DNA of 64,000 bases from a virus. Position numbers and translations under genes: made by a program. Within the stretch, counting starts at the first letter, position 1, and each line of letters starts with the position of its first letter. The stretch is taken from IMG/VR virus record IMGVR_UViG_3300031227_009907, positions 17,577-81,576 of that record, one strand, 5' to 3'. The notes under the pieces were generated by a model, which made no database searches, was not told the origin of the DNA, and saw nothing but the letters and a program-made list of their open reading frames with translations. Shown in pieces: positions 27,102-36,731 of this stretch.

Positions 27102-27356
27102 ATGAGCGTATTATCTAATGTTATGGAACTTGTGCAACAGCGAGCAGATACTGGCAAGCAGCAAATTAATGCGGCAGACGTGAGTCGTGTTTTGCGGTGT
27201 TTTTGGGATGTAGTGTTTAGCGATCAGATTACAGATGAAGAGTATGACCAGGTACAGGCAGATGCGCTTAGACTTTGGAAGAAACGACAAGCAAGGATGT
27301 TGTGGGAAGATGACTGTGAAGTGACACTCATTAAAATGGGGAAGCCCAAAACTTAA
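27102..27356 (+). CDS. small helical protein
   Basis: AAGGAG SD; V..RADT....IN.A...RVL.CF.DV. Confidence 0.7.
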   Translation: MSVLSNVMELVQQRADTGKQQINAADVSRVLRCFWDVVFSDQITDEEYDQVQADALRLWKKRQARMLWEDDCEVTLIKMGKPKT

Positions 27357-27383
27357 TAAATAAGCAGATAGAGGAGAATAGGG

Positions 27384-27815
27384 GTGGATGTCGTTCCTGA
27401 GGTTAAAAGACAGACTAAGACTTGTATAGTTTGCCGACAAACTAAACCTATTTCTGATTTTTATGCAAAATCACGTAAGTGTGGCGGCTTTTTTACCGAG
27501 TGCAAGGAGTGTTTCAAGGAACGAGTTAGAATAAATTATGCACATATACATAATTTTGGTTATACCCGTGGGACAGTTATAACTCAAGAGGTTATTGGGA
27601 AAAAACTAGGAATAACTCCGCAAGGAGTGTCTGTAATAGAACGGCGTGCTCTTAAAAAGTTGGCTAAAGCTTTTAGGATTTTAGAGGATGGGAGTGTTGA
27701 TGAACGGGAGAGCATGGTAATGAGGGTGGCATTAAGTATGGGGGAGAACTGGGAACGGCAACATAAGGACCGACTTATAATTAGCAAGGAGAATAAAATT
27801 GCCCAACAAACCTAA
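27384..27815 (+). CDS. Zn-finger + sigma region-4-like HTH protein
   Basis: CIVC..CKEC; TQEVIGKKLGITPQGVSVIERRALKKL. Confidence 0.75.
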   Translation: MDVVPEVKRQTKTCIVCRQTKPISDFYAKSRKCGGFFTECKECFKERVRINYAHIHNFGYTRGTVITQEVIGKKLGITPQGVSVIERRALKKLAKAFRILEDGSVDERESMVMRVALSMGENWERQHKDRLIISKENKIAQQT

Positions 27816-28734
27816 AGAATTGGATTATGTAGAATTACGAGATAAACTAGATAAAGATAGGTTTGTTCTTGTTAGACTTCAAAAAACTCCTGATCCAAAG
27901 GAAGGACAGATTGTTTTAGAAATTAAGAACAGGTCTCAGAAAGTATCTGAATCTTTAAAAACTATAAAGGATAAAGAAAAAGAGGAAGATAAAGACAATA
28001 GAGAACTAGATGAAATATTTGAATATGTGAAAGAGAACCTATCGAGGGCGGCTACGGTCTTGGTCCTTATGAAGGCCGACGCAAAGCGTTCCGGGCCTAG
28101 TTCGAGGGGGCAGGAGACCTATGTGGGGAGCGTAGTGCATCAACCTAGCGAGTCTATTACGGGAGAAGGCTCTAAGCCTAAACAAACAAAAGAGGAAAAT
28201 ATAGCGGCTGTATTGATAGAGGATGCAAAAAGAAAGGCTGCTATTTATAGAAATAAGCTTGATGCTTATGTAAAGACAATTCCAACATTAAGGGCCGATG
28301 AAGTAGTTCAGGTGGTAGGATACTTTAAAAATACAATTTTAGCTTTAAGTGAGATAAAAAAGCAACTCATTAAATATAAAGACGAGAAGGGGGCACAGGG
28401 AGCTATTGATGTTATTGATGAATTAATTAAGGACTGCAATAAGGGGATTGGGGGAACGGAAAGAAAAGGAGAACATGTAGTAAGCAAAACAATGAGGAAA
28501 GCATTAGATTGTACAGAGAAGTTAATTAGTTCCGTAGAGAATGACTATATGGGGCTTAATAGGGCGAACCTTGAATCACGAATAAGAGATTTTCGTCAAA
28601 TTATTGTAGTTTTTAGTAAGTTTAGGAGTCTTTCTCAAATGGGAGAAGAAAATAGAAAAAGGAGTGTGAATCTTGGAAGTCGCGTTGGAGTTCTTTTGAA
28701 GAGAATGCAAAGGCGTTTTGCAAAGTTAGGATAA
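27799..28734 (+). CDS. hypothetical helical protein
   Basis: 311 aa, AAGGAG + TTG. Confidence 0.7.
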   Translation: MPNKPKELDYVELRDKLDKDRFVLVRLQKTPDPKEGQIVLEIKNRSQKVSESLKTIKDKEKEEDKDNRELDEIFEYVKENLSRAATVLVLMKADAKRSGPSSRGQETYVGSVVHQPSESITGEGSKPKQTKEENIAAVLIEDAKRKAAIYRNKLDAYVKTIPTLRADEVVQVVGYFKNTILALSEIKKQLIKYKDEKGAQGAIDVIDELIKDCNKGIGGTERKGEHVVSKTMRKALDCTEKLISSVENDYMGLNRANLESRIRDFRQIIVVFSKFRSLSQMGEENRKRSVNLGSRVGVLLKRMQRRFAKLG

Positions 28735-28752
28735 AGTAATGGGACACAAGTA

Positions 28753-29034
28753 ATGAGTGAGCCGAACCCCTGGGAACTACCGGGCGAGGAACTGGACGAG
28801 GCGGTGGCGAAAGCGAAAGGGTGGGTGGAAGACCCCAGCTGGTATTGGGAGCTCGGCCGCCCCTGGCTGCTGTGGAGAGAGATCAGGGTACACATGTTGA
28901 TTCTCTACGCACAAGGAGCCCACAGAATAGCTCCATACCGGCACCCAACTCTAGATTTTGGACCGCTCTCCCCCGAGGCCGTCACCCGCGCCTGGCTGTG
29001 GTGGTGGTATCACCAGGAGGACAAAGAGAAATAA
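28753..29034 (+). CDS. NinX-like protein (GC-rich insert)
   Basis: L.GEELDEAVAKAKGW..P..A..RA.L. Confidence 0.55.
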   Translation: MSEPNPWELPGEELDEAVAKAKGWVEDPSWYWELGRPWLLWREIRVHMLILYAQGAHRIAPYRHPTLDFGPLSPEAVTRAWLWWWYHQEDKEK

Positions 29035-29908
29035 ATAAAAATTGTAGAATAATTTGTGGTGATTGTGAGAAGGTTATTTGCTGGTTTCCCAATGAAGTAA
29101 TAGACCTTGTTGTTACTTCCCCGCCATACAATGTAGGGCTTGGGGAAAATAAATATAATAAACGGGGGTATGATCTTTATAATGATAAAAAAGGGTTTAA
29201 GGATTATATTGAATGGCTAAAAAGCGTATTTTCTTTGCTGAAACCTAAAATGAGAAAAGGAGGGCGTATTTGCATCAATGTTGGAGATGGGAAGAATGGA
29301 AAGGTCCCAACGCATGTATTCATTTCTTCTTTTATGATGAGTATTGGATATTTGCCTATTTCTATAATTGTTTGGGATAAGAAAGAAACGAGCAATAGAG
29401 CTAGTTGGGGAAGTTGGTTGTCGCCTTCGTGCCCTAGTTTTCCCCGGCCATTTGAATATATTTTAATATTTGCCAATGAAACAAGAAAGCTTTGTGTAAA
29501 CGGGGAAACAGACCTTATTAAAGAAGAGTTTATAAAGTATTCTTATGGTTTATGGGAGTTTAGTGGAGAGAAAAAGGGAAGGGTTGGGCATCCCGCTCCT
29601 TTTCCAGAAGAGTTGCCATACAGGCTTATAAAGATGTTGTCATGGAAGAGGTCTGTTGTTTTTGATCCATTTTGTGGGAGTGGAACAACCTGTGTGGTGG
29701 CTAATAAACTGGGAAGGAAAACCGTTGGCATAGATATATCAGAAGAATATTGCAAGATAGCTAGGGATAGGATTGAGCAGTCTGAAAAGGAGAAATAAAA
29801 TTCCTATTACAAGGTTGTGGCAATTGGCAGGAGTATTAGTGGGGAGGGAAAAATGAGCACAGTAGAGAAACTGAATTGGCTGTGGTGGTGGTATCACCAG
29901 GAGGACAA
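28993..29908 (+). repeat. 32-bp perfect direct repeat (28993-29024, 29877-29908) flanking the MTase
   Basis: TGGCTGTGGTGGTGGTATCACCAGGAGGACAA twice. Confidence 0.95.
29031..29798 (+). CDS. N4-cytosine/N6-adenine DNA methyltransferase, beta class (start uncertain)
   Basis: ICGDC, VTSPPYN, HPAPFPEELP, DPFCGSGTT; no ATG at expected start. Confidence 0.9.
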   Translation: MNKNCRIICGDCEKVICWFPNEVIDLVVTSPPYNVGLGENKYNKRGYDLYNDKKGFKDYIEWLKSVFSLLKPKMRKGGRICINVGDGKNGKVPTHVFISSFMMSIGYLPISIIVWDKKETSNRASWGSWLSPSCPSFPRPFEYILIFANETRKLCVNGETDLIKEEFIKYSYGLWEFSGEKKGRVGHPAPFPEELPYRLIKMLSWKRSVVFDPFCGSGTTCVVANKLGRKTVGIDISEEYCKIARDRIEQSEKEK

Positions 29909-30037
29909 GCCGTGAAGCCGAAAACCGACATGGTCTACAAAATAGTACGACGCAAGGGCGGTGAGGAGTGTGTGAAATAGCCTGGAATAGAATTGAGCAA
30001 GCAGAAAAGGAGGTAGAAAATTCTTATTACTAAGGTT

Positions 30038-30292
30038 GTGAATGTAAGGGCAGGGGGATGCGACGTATATATCGGGCGTCCTTCGATATGGGGGAATCCA
30101 TTTATTGTTGGCAAACATGGAACACGGGAAGAGGTTATAAAGAAGCATGAGGCGTATTTACGGAAGAATCTTTACTTGATTGCTAATTTATATAAGCTTG
30201 CTGGGAAGCGGATAGGGTGCTATTGTGCCCCTAAGCCTTGTCATGGTGATAATTATATAAAGCTTATACATGAATTTGGATTGGATTTATAG
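30038..30292 (+). CDS. DUF4326-family protein (may start at ATT 30020)
   Basis: DVYIGRPS.WGNPF..LAGK.IGC.CAP.PCHGD. Confidence 0.85.
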   Translation: MNVRAGGCDVYIGRPSIWGNPFIVGKHGTREEVIKKHEAYLRKNLYLIANLYKLAGKRIGCYCAPKPCHGDNYIKLIHEFGLDL

Positions 30293-30293
30293 T

Positions 30294-30686
30294 ATGGTTA
30301 TAGAGAAACTGGACCTATCAACCGTGAAAGGCCCGTCGCCCGAACTAGCAGCGGCGGTGGCAATTGCACTGGGGTGGCGCAAAAAGGGTTGCGTCTGGCT
30401 GGAACCGAATGGCGACTCGCGATGTCTGATTTGGACGTCCGCTGATGGAGATGATCGCCACCGTTTCGTATGGCGTCCTGATCTGGACGACTCGCCCGCT
30501 ATCCAGCTACGGGAGACGGAGGTGGCGCTGACAGAGCCACAATGGGGCCGATATACAGAGGCGCTGGAAAAGCATGTATGCCATAAACATGGAACTTACG
30601 ATTACTGGATAATCCTACGGTTTCTACGTCAAGCCCCCGCTTGGCTCTGCTGTCGTGAACTGGTGCGAGCGGTGAGGAGTGCGTGA
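30294..30686 (+). CDS. NinX-like protein (GC-rich insert)
   Basis: ELAAAVAIALGW..W.PD..A. Confidence 0.5.
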   Translation: MVIEKLDLSTVKGPSPELAAAVAIALGWRKKGCVWLEPNGDSRCLIWTSADGDDRHRFVWRPDLDDSPAIQLRETEVALTEPQWGRYTEALEKHVCHKHGTYDYWIILRFLRQAPAWLCCRELVRAVRSA

Positions 30687-30703
30687 AATAGCCTGGAATA
30701 GAA

Positions 30704-31411
30704 TTGAGTAAGCAGAAAAGGAGGAATAAAATCGGAAGCCTTAAAAAACATCGTGAAAATGTAATTGAATTTAAGAAGAAGGTTTGCAATAAATATCCCG
30801 AATATAAACTTGGTATGTGTCTCGCTAAATTGAAAAATCCCTCAGGAGATGGGCATAGTTTTTGCAAAAGGTTGGCCATCAAAGGGACATTGCGTTGCAG
30901 GCGTCATGGAGGGCTTAGGGCTGGTCGTCCTGTGACTACGGGCCGCTACAGCAAGGATTTCACAGGAACGCTTGGAGAGCGGTATGAGGAGTTTCGTAAT
31001 GATCCTAAATTATTGGATTTAACGGATGAGTTGGCTTCTTTTCGTGCTCTTTTTTCCGAGTTTAAAGGGCGTGGAGACGAGCTAATGGATATTGGCGTAG
31101 ATGAAGATGGTAAACTTGTTATAAAAACTGTGATTATAAAAAATCTACAAGAATTATTGAAGAATATTAGCGTAACGGTAGAGAGAATACATAAAATACA
31201 GTCTGGATATTTTTCACCAGAAACATTGCCCATTATTATTAATCAAATTGTTAGTATCTCGGGAGGACTGTTGACTAGGTGCCCCCATTGTGGTAAAAGT
31301 CTTGCTGAAGTGGGGACTAGATTGTTTAATGCCTTACAAAAGATAAGAGTCCCTGGCGCAGAAAGTCTTAAGCTTCCTACGATGCCTTCTCAAAAAATAT
31401 TAAAAGGATAG
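30704..31411 (+). CDS. terminase small subunit-like protein
   Basis: C..C..CRRHGG, GRYS, L.DELA..RA; upstream of TerL. Confidence 0.7.
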   Translation: MSKQKRRNKIGSLKKHRENVIEFKKKVCNKYPEYKLGMCLAKLKNPSGDGHSFCKRLAIKGTLRCRRHGGLRAGRPVTTGRYSKDFTGTLGERYEEFRNDPKLLDLTDELASFRALFSEFKGRGDELMDIGVDEDGKLVIKTVIIKNLQELLKNISVTVERIHKIQSGYFSPETLPIIINQIVSISGGLLTRCPHCGKSLAEVGTRLFNALQKIRVPGAESLKLPTMPSQKILKG

Positions 31412-31505
31412 AAAGCTTACAGTCTTTTTACGTTTTACATTTTTATATTTATTTATGCAACATAAATAGGCTGTGCATCTCTCCTTTATAGATAAGGATT
31501 ATTAT

Positions 31506-32264
31506 ATGGGTAAGAGTGTAAAAGGGAAAGGAACGATTACTAGTGAAATTAGTGGGATATATGATAAATATAGCGGGGGTGAGATAAGCAAGGATGAGTT
31601 GGGCGAAAGGATTTTTCCTTATCTTGAGAATTTAGCGGCTTATTATTTTCAAAAAGCAATTAAAGATGGTTTTGGTGAAAATGATGGCGTTTTTTCTACC
31701 ATTATTACAAAAGAAGAGATTCTTTCTGATTTAGCTTACAATTTTGTGCGCTCTATAGATAGGTTTGATCCCTCTAAGAATGTTACATTTGGAACATTTT
31801 TTTTCAAGAGAGCTATATTTTCTATATTTAATGTGTATAGGGCCATATTAGGCAGAAGTAAAAATTGTCATGTTTTTAACGCAACGGACGAAAGAGAGGG
31901 GTGCCCTCGATCTTTTTCATTAGATAACCCTAAACCCCATATAACTTTTTTATTTGACAATATTGTTTCAAGAGATAGGACTACTTCATATGGGGCCTTT
32001 AAATTGGGAAAGGCTGTAGACGCAAGCATGGGGACTACGGTTGTTATTGCTACTGGAAATGTGTTAAGGCGGCTTAAGGATGGACATAAATTATGGGGGG
32101 GGTGGTTTATATTGCATTATTGTGGAGATGTTACATTGGCTGATATTGCGAGAAAGAATGGTGTAACATTAGCATATATACATCAGAAAGTTAAAAGCAT
32201 AAAAGAAAAAATAAAGATTGAATGTAAGAGATTGGATAGAGAGGGGTCTTTTATAAATGTTTAA
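31506..32264 (+). CDS. phage sigma70-family factor (late?)
   Basis: IDRFDPSKNVTFGTF region 2; TLADIARKNGVT region 4. Confidence 0.75.
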   Translation: MGKSVKGKGTITSEISGIYDKYSGGEISKDELGERIFPYLENLAAYYFQKAIKDGFGENDGVFSTIITKEEILSDLAYNFVRSIDRFDPSKNVTFGTFFFKRAIFSIFNVYRAILGRSKNCHVFNATDEREGCPRSFSLDNPKPHITFLFDNIVSRDRTTSYGAFKLGKAVDASMGTTVVIATGNVLRRLKDGHKLWGGWFILHYCGDVTLADIARKNGVTLAYIHQKVKSIKEKIKIECKRLDREGSFINV

Positions 32265-35196
32265 TCCCGGTATGAATGCGTTTGAAATGGCTAAAAAATG
32301 TTTGTGCGAAATAGGCAGACAGGGGGAAGAGTATTTTAGAAGGAAAATAAGCGATCCTCCTTCTCGTTCTTGTTTTAAAGAATATCCCGTTTCCACAAGA
32401 GAGTTTTTTAATAAATGGCTTGGAGAACCTTGTTATCCCTTACAGCAGAAAGGAATAGATAATCTTCTTGGAAGAAATCCCCTTAAGTGGAATATAAGAT
32501 ATAACGAGGGGATACTTTTTTGGGGAAAGGGAGGGGGAAAAGATAGAACGATTGCAAAACTTCTTGCTTATGTTATTTATTGGTGTATGTGTTTAAAAAA
32601 TCCACAGAAGTTTTTTGAGAAACAAGGAAAAGATAGTCAAATTGCTTTTGGTAATGTTTCTATCAATAGGGATCAGGCAGCACAAGTATTTTTTAGAGAA
32701 TTTAAAGCTATTCTTCGTAATATTGTTGACCCAAGAACAAAAAATAATTGGTTTGAAGATCATGGGGTGAATTTAAGTGAATCAAGGGGACACATTCATA
32801 AACGCGACATTGAATTTCCAGGAAATCTTGTTGCCTATTCTCTTGATTCTCGGGAATACACAGGAGAGGGGTATAATCTATTAGTTGTTATTTTTGACGA
32901 GATGGGGGGCTTTAGGCCCGAGGATGCCTTCCCTTTGTATGGTGCGTTAAAAGACACACAAACTTCTCGATTTCCATTAACACATAAGAGGGCTTTATTA
33001 TCATTTCAGCGGAGTCCTACTGATCCGATGAGTATTCGCTACGAGGAAGCTAAAACAGAGCCCAGGACATACAGAATGAGGGCTTCTACGTGGGAAGTCA
33101 ATGCGGCTAGAAAAAAAGAAGATTTTTCTGAAGAGTTCCTTAAAAATCCTGAGCAGGCAGAACGTGTTTTTATGTGTAAGGCAAGGGTAGGAGAAAGAGG
33201 ATTTTTTAGATACCCACAAGTTATTGCTGGGGGAATAAATAGGCAAAGGCCCAACCCTATTATAGCGGGGTCTTCTCGTATTTTTGATTTAATGAAATTG
33301 AAAATAGACGGGCTTAGACCCGATTTTATTGGTAATCCTAATCTTCAGTATTTTGGGCATTGTGATTTGGGCACTGGTTCTATAAAGAAAAAAAGAGGAG
33401 GGAAAGAGTCTTTTTCTCCTTCAAACGAAAGAGATTGTGCTGGATTTTGTTTAGGTCATATTGTAAAGACGAAGGTTAGGGCGTTTAGAAGCGTAGGGGG
33501 AGAAAGCAAGTCAATTATTGAAGGAGTTGACCTTTCTAGGTTTAATGGGAAAGAGATGTATGGTGTCTATATTGATATATTTTTTCAATTGACCGTAAAA
33601 GAAGGGGAAATATTTTTTCCATCTATTATTGATTTTATTGACTATCTACAGAGAATTCGTGGGTTTTATATTAAGAAATTCACGTACGATGGATGGCAAT
33701 GCGTTTTTTCAGATACATATATCCCCCTATTAAGTGGGAGGAAGATTAAAATAAAGGATTTGGTGGGAAACTATGAAGGAAAATATGTTTATTCTTATGA
33801 TATAAAAACGGGGAAGGTTGTTCCGGGAAGGGTAATTGGTGCAAAAAAAACAGGCAGAAAGAGAATTTTAAAGATAACATTAGATAATGGTAAATTTATT
33901 AAGTGTTCTTGTGGGCATCCTTTTTTAATGAGGAATGGTAGATATAAAAGGGCAAGAGATTTAAAGGTTGGAGATTCTTTAATGCCTTTATGTCGGCGTT
34001 TTTGGAAAGGTAAAATTAAAGGATACACGGAAGTATATCACCCTGAGAGTCGATATTATGAGATGGTTCATAGCATTGTTGCGAGAGAAGTTTTACAAGG
34101 AAGAAAGAAGAATGAAGTAGTCCATCATAAAAACTTTGTTAAGTGTAATAATAATCCTGATAACTTATGTGTGATGGATAGGAAAAGCCACATAGGGTTA
34201 CACGGTAAAAATGTTAGGAAGTTATGGAAGATTCCGTATTATAGAAGATTGTTTATGGACGGGATTAGGAAGGTCTCAAAATGGAGGAGCAATAATAGAG
34301 AATATAAGGATAAGGTAAGGGAGATAATTAAGAGGGTTTGGCAAGGAAGAAGTATAGAAGAAAGGAAGAAACTTTCTCAAAGAATTGCTAAGAGTGTAAA
34401 GAAATTGTGGGATGATCCCAATTATAGGGAAAAACAGCGAAAAGCCCATTTAGGGAATCCGGGTTTTTGGAAAGGTAAAAATAGATCGCCTGAAACTTGT
34501 GCAAAAATAAGTAAAACGAAAATGGGAGTTAAGCACGGGAAATATAAAAATCATAAAATTGTTTCTATTGAAATGGAGGGGATGGAAGATGTTTATGACA
34601 TTAAGGTAGAGAAATATAATAATTTTGCTTTATCTGCTGGTGTTTTTGTTCATAATTCAAAAAGTGATATTCAGCGTCTTAAGGCTATGGGGATTAATTC
34701 TGAGGTGTTGTCCGTAGATAGAGATGCCGTTGCGTATGATACAATGAAAGGACTAATGTACTTAGGCCTGTTGGATTATTATAATAATCTTATTTTTATA
34801 CGTGAATGTGAGGAATTGGAAAAAATAGAGAGGGGGAACAAATATATTGTTGACCATCCTGCGCGTAGTGTAACCAGGCGAGTTCAAGAGGGGCGTATAT
34901 CGGGGTCTAAGGATTTAACCGATTCTTGCGCAGCCACATGTTTTCACTGCATGGAAAGTGCTGGGGTTGAGTTTAGTTTTGGGATTCTTAATATGCAACC
35001 GTCTGAAACCGATAACCTTTTAAGGGATAGGGACCATAGAGGGGCTGAAAAGTATTATGAAATAGTAAGAGGAAGAGAAGTTCAAAAAGGGGTTGATACA
35101 TTGAAACAATTAAGACAAGTCCCATTGGTCCGGTATGGAGAGATTCCCGCACAGGAATTTCCTGAGGTTGATGATGTTCTTAATCTAGGGAGGTAG
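32257..35196 (+). CDS. terL: terminase large subunit with intein
   Basis: GKGGGKD Walker A, VIFDE Walker B, HCDLG and YDGWQ/S nuclease motifs, SKDLTD. Confidence 0.9.
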   Translation: MFNPGMNAFEMAKKCLCEIGRQGEEYFRRKISDPPSRSCFKEYPVSTREFFNKWLGEPCYPLQQKGIDNLLGRNPLKWNIRYNEGILFWGKGGGKDRTIAKLLAYVIYWCMCLKNPQKFFEKQGKDSQIAFGNVSINRDQAAQVFFREFKAILRNIVDPRTKNNWFEDHGVNLSESRGHIHKRDIEFPGNLVAYSLDSREYTGEGYNLLVVIFDEMGGFRPEDAFPLYGALKDTQTSRFPLTHKRALLSFQRSPTDPMSIRYEEAKTEPRTYRMRASTWEVNAARKKEDFSEEFLKNPEQAERVFMCKARVGERGFFRYPQVIAGGINRQRPNPIIAGSSRIFDLMKLKIDGLRPDFIGNPNLQYFGHCDLGTGSIKKKRGGKESFSPSNERDCAGFCLGHIVKTKVRAFRSVGGESKSIIEGVDLSRFNGKEMYGVYIDIFFQLTVKEGEIFFPSIIDFIDYLQRIRGFYIKKFTYDGWQCVFSDTYIPLLSGRKIKIKDLVGNYEGKYVYSYDIKTGKVVPGRVIGAKKTGRKRILKITLDNGKFIKCSCGHPFLMRNGRYKRARDLKVGDSLMPLCRRFWKGKIKGYTEVYHPESRYYEMVHSIVAREVLQGRKKNEVVHHKNFVKCNNNPDNLCVMDRKSHIGLHGKNVRKLWKIPYYRRLFMDGIRKVSKWRSNNREYKDKVREIIKRVWQGRSIEERKKLSQRIAKSVKKLWDDPNYREKQRKAHLGNPGFWKGKNRSPETCAKISKTKMGVKHGKYKNHKIVSIEMEGMEDVYDIKVEKYNNFALSAGVFVHNSKSDIQRLKAMGINSEVLSVDRDAVAYDTMKGLMYLGLLDYYNNLIFIRECEELEKIERGNKYIVDHPARSVTRRVQEGRISGSKDLTDSCAATCFHCMESAGVEFSFGILNMQPSETDNLLRDRDHRGAEKYYEIVRGREVQKGVDTLKQLRQVPLVRYGEIPAQEFPEVDDVLNLGR
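33700..34656 (+). mobile_element. intein (319 aa) with HNH homing endonuclease and NUMOD3-like motifs
   Basis: Q|CVFSDT N-junction, GHPFL block B, VHHKN..NN.PDNL HNH, VYDI.V..NFAL..VFVHN|S C-junction. Confidence 0.95.
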
Positions 35197-35200
35197 ATTA

Positions 35201-35410
35201 TTGGATATTGTAAATCTTGTAGATAACAATAAAAAGCCAGCTCATTTGAAAAAGCGGATTACTTTAACCATATTTGATGATGATCTTGCAAAACTTATTT
35301 GTGATATATCTGAAGCGGTTGAAATAGTAGGAAATAATAACAACGAAGTAGGGATGTCATTGGAGGAATGGAGGGTATGGTTTTCAGATCATTTAACAAA
35401 GGGAGAATAA
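35201..35410 (+). CDS. hypothetical protein
   Basis: GGAGG + TTG. Confidence 0.55.
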   Translation: MDIVNLVDNNKKPAHLKKRITLTIFDDDLAKLICDISEAVEIVGNNNNEVGMSLEEWRVWFSDHLTKGE

Positions 35411-35605
35411 ATTGGGCATTTTAACAGGATTATTTATTACATTTAAAATGTCTTGTTTAATTTATGGTGTATTCGCGTTGGCTAATATGTTTTATAGGAT
35501 ATATTGGGGGGAAGTATCTACGAGAGGCACCTACAATCTATTAGAGTTAATTATTTATTCAATACTCATAGGAATTGGGATAACATAAGAAGCAGAGGAG
35601 GTTAG

Positions 35606-36007
35606 ATGGATAATAATGAAATAAAAAAAATAAGGAACGCGATAGGTGAGGTGGATGAGCTTAACAAGGCCCTGGGGGTTGCGATTGGGGCCTTGGCAGT
35701 CAAGTATGGTCCTAAGCTGCTTGCGGGGGCTAAGAAGGCATGGAAGGGGGTTAAGTGGGCTGCTGGGAAGAAGGGGAAACGGGCGCTAAGAAGGAAGTTG
35801 GTACAGAATCCTGTAACGGGTAAATTAATAGCACGTAAGAGACGTTTTAAAAGGAGACATCCTCGTGCATATAGGATTGGAAGCGGCATTGTTGATTATG
35901 CGGCTCTTCATGCTGGGTTTAATGTCGCTGGGAAGGTGGGAAGGAAGATTAAAGGTAGGCGTGAACGAGAACAGGTATATAGACAATTAGGCCGAAGAAA
36001 CAGATAG
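35606..36007 (+). CDS. basic putative head-cargo protein
   Basis: GAGGAGG SD; LNK-A then amphipathic cationic sequence. Confidence 0.75.
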   Translation: MDNNEIKKIRNAIGEVDELNKALGVAIGALAVKYGPKLLAGAKKAWKGVKWAAGKKGKRALRRKLVQNPVTGKLIARKRRFKRRHPRAYRIGSGIVDYAALHAGFNVAGKVGRKIKGRREREQVYRQLGRRNR

Positions 36008-36026
36008 TTAGAATAAGGAGAAAGAA

Positions 36027-36728
36027 ATGAGTGAGGTGAGGAATATTCTTGGTGAGATTAGAAGTGCCGTTAAGACCATGAATGGGGAGATTCAAAAAGT
36101 ATCTCCTCGTGTTTTAGGGTTGATGGCAAGGGGAACTAAGCGCAGAAAGCAGATTACAGGGGTTTTAAGGGGGGTGGGCTCTGCTGCGTTGAATGTTAAA
36201 AGAAATGAGGCTGCTGCAAAGACCTATAGAGGCATGGCAAGTGCCGCCAAGACTTCTTCTAAAAGAAGGAAATTTTTAGCTTTAGCTCGTAAAGCCGAAA
36301 AGACGGTGCGAACCGGTAGGAAGGCTAGGATTGGTTCGGCTGCTGCCGGAGTTGGTGCTGTTGCTTATGGTGCTGGTAGGCGCAGGGGAAGACGGCAGGG
36401 AGACGAGTATGAAGGAGAGGAAGAGTATGCTCGTGGAGAAGGGCGGGGGGTTGGTGGTCCTCGTCAGGGCTTAGGTCCTGTTGCGTACTGTACTTGCCCT
36501 AAGTGTGATTATAAAGTGAAGCATACCCCTAATAAACCTTGTCTTGATATGACTTGTCCTAAATGTGGGGCAAAGCTGGTTGGTACAGAGAAGAAACCTA
36601 AAGAGGCGGCTAAAGAAGAGTTTAGCAACCATATTTCTGAGCCTTTAAGAAATGCCAAGTTTGCCGCTGAAGTATTTCAAGATAGAGCAAAAAGGGTAGA
36701 GAAAATACTTAAGACGATTGAGTCGTAG
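36027..36728 (+). CDS. basic putative head-cargo protein with C-terminal Cys-rich domain
   Basis: IQK-V, Gly/Ala zipper, EEEY, CTCPKC..H..PC..CPKCG. Confidence 0.8.
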   Translation: MSEVRNILGEIRSAVKTMNGEIQKVSPRVLGLMARGTKRRKQITGVLRGVGSAALNVKRNEAAAKTYRGMASAAKTSSKRRKFLALARKAEKTVRTGRKARIGSAAAGVGAVAYGAGRRRGRRQGDEYEGEEEYARGEGRGVGGPRQGLGPVAYCTCPKCDYKVKHTPNKPCLDMTCPKCGAKLVGTEKKPKEAAKEEFSNHISEPLRNAKFAAEVFQDRAKRVEKILKTIES

Positions 36729-36731
36729 CAC

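Larger units (their letters stand above)
29958..30724 (+). repeat. 56-bp direct repeat (29958-30013, 30669-30724), 2 mismatches
   Basis: GCGGTGAGGAGTG(T/C)GTGAAATAGCCTGGAATAGAATTGAG(C/T)AAGCAGAAAAGGAGG. Confidence 0.95.

Noticed and set aside
28821-29030. 70-aa N-terminal extension of the MTase in the ORF track
   Set aside because: Alternate frame of the overlapping GC-rich gene 28753-29034
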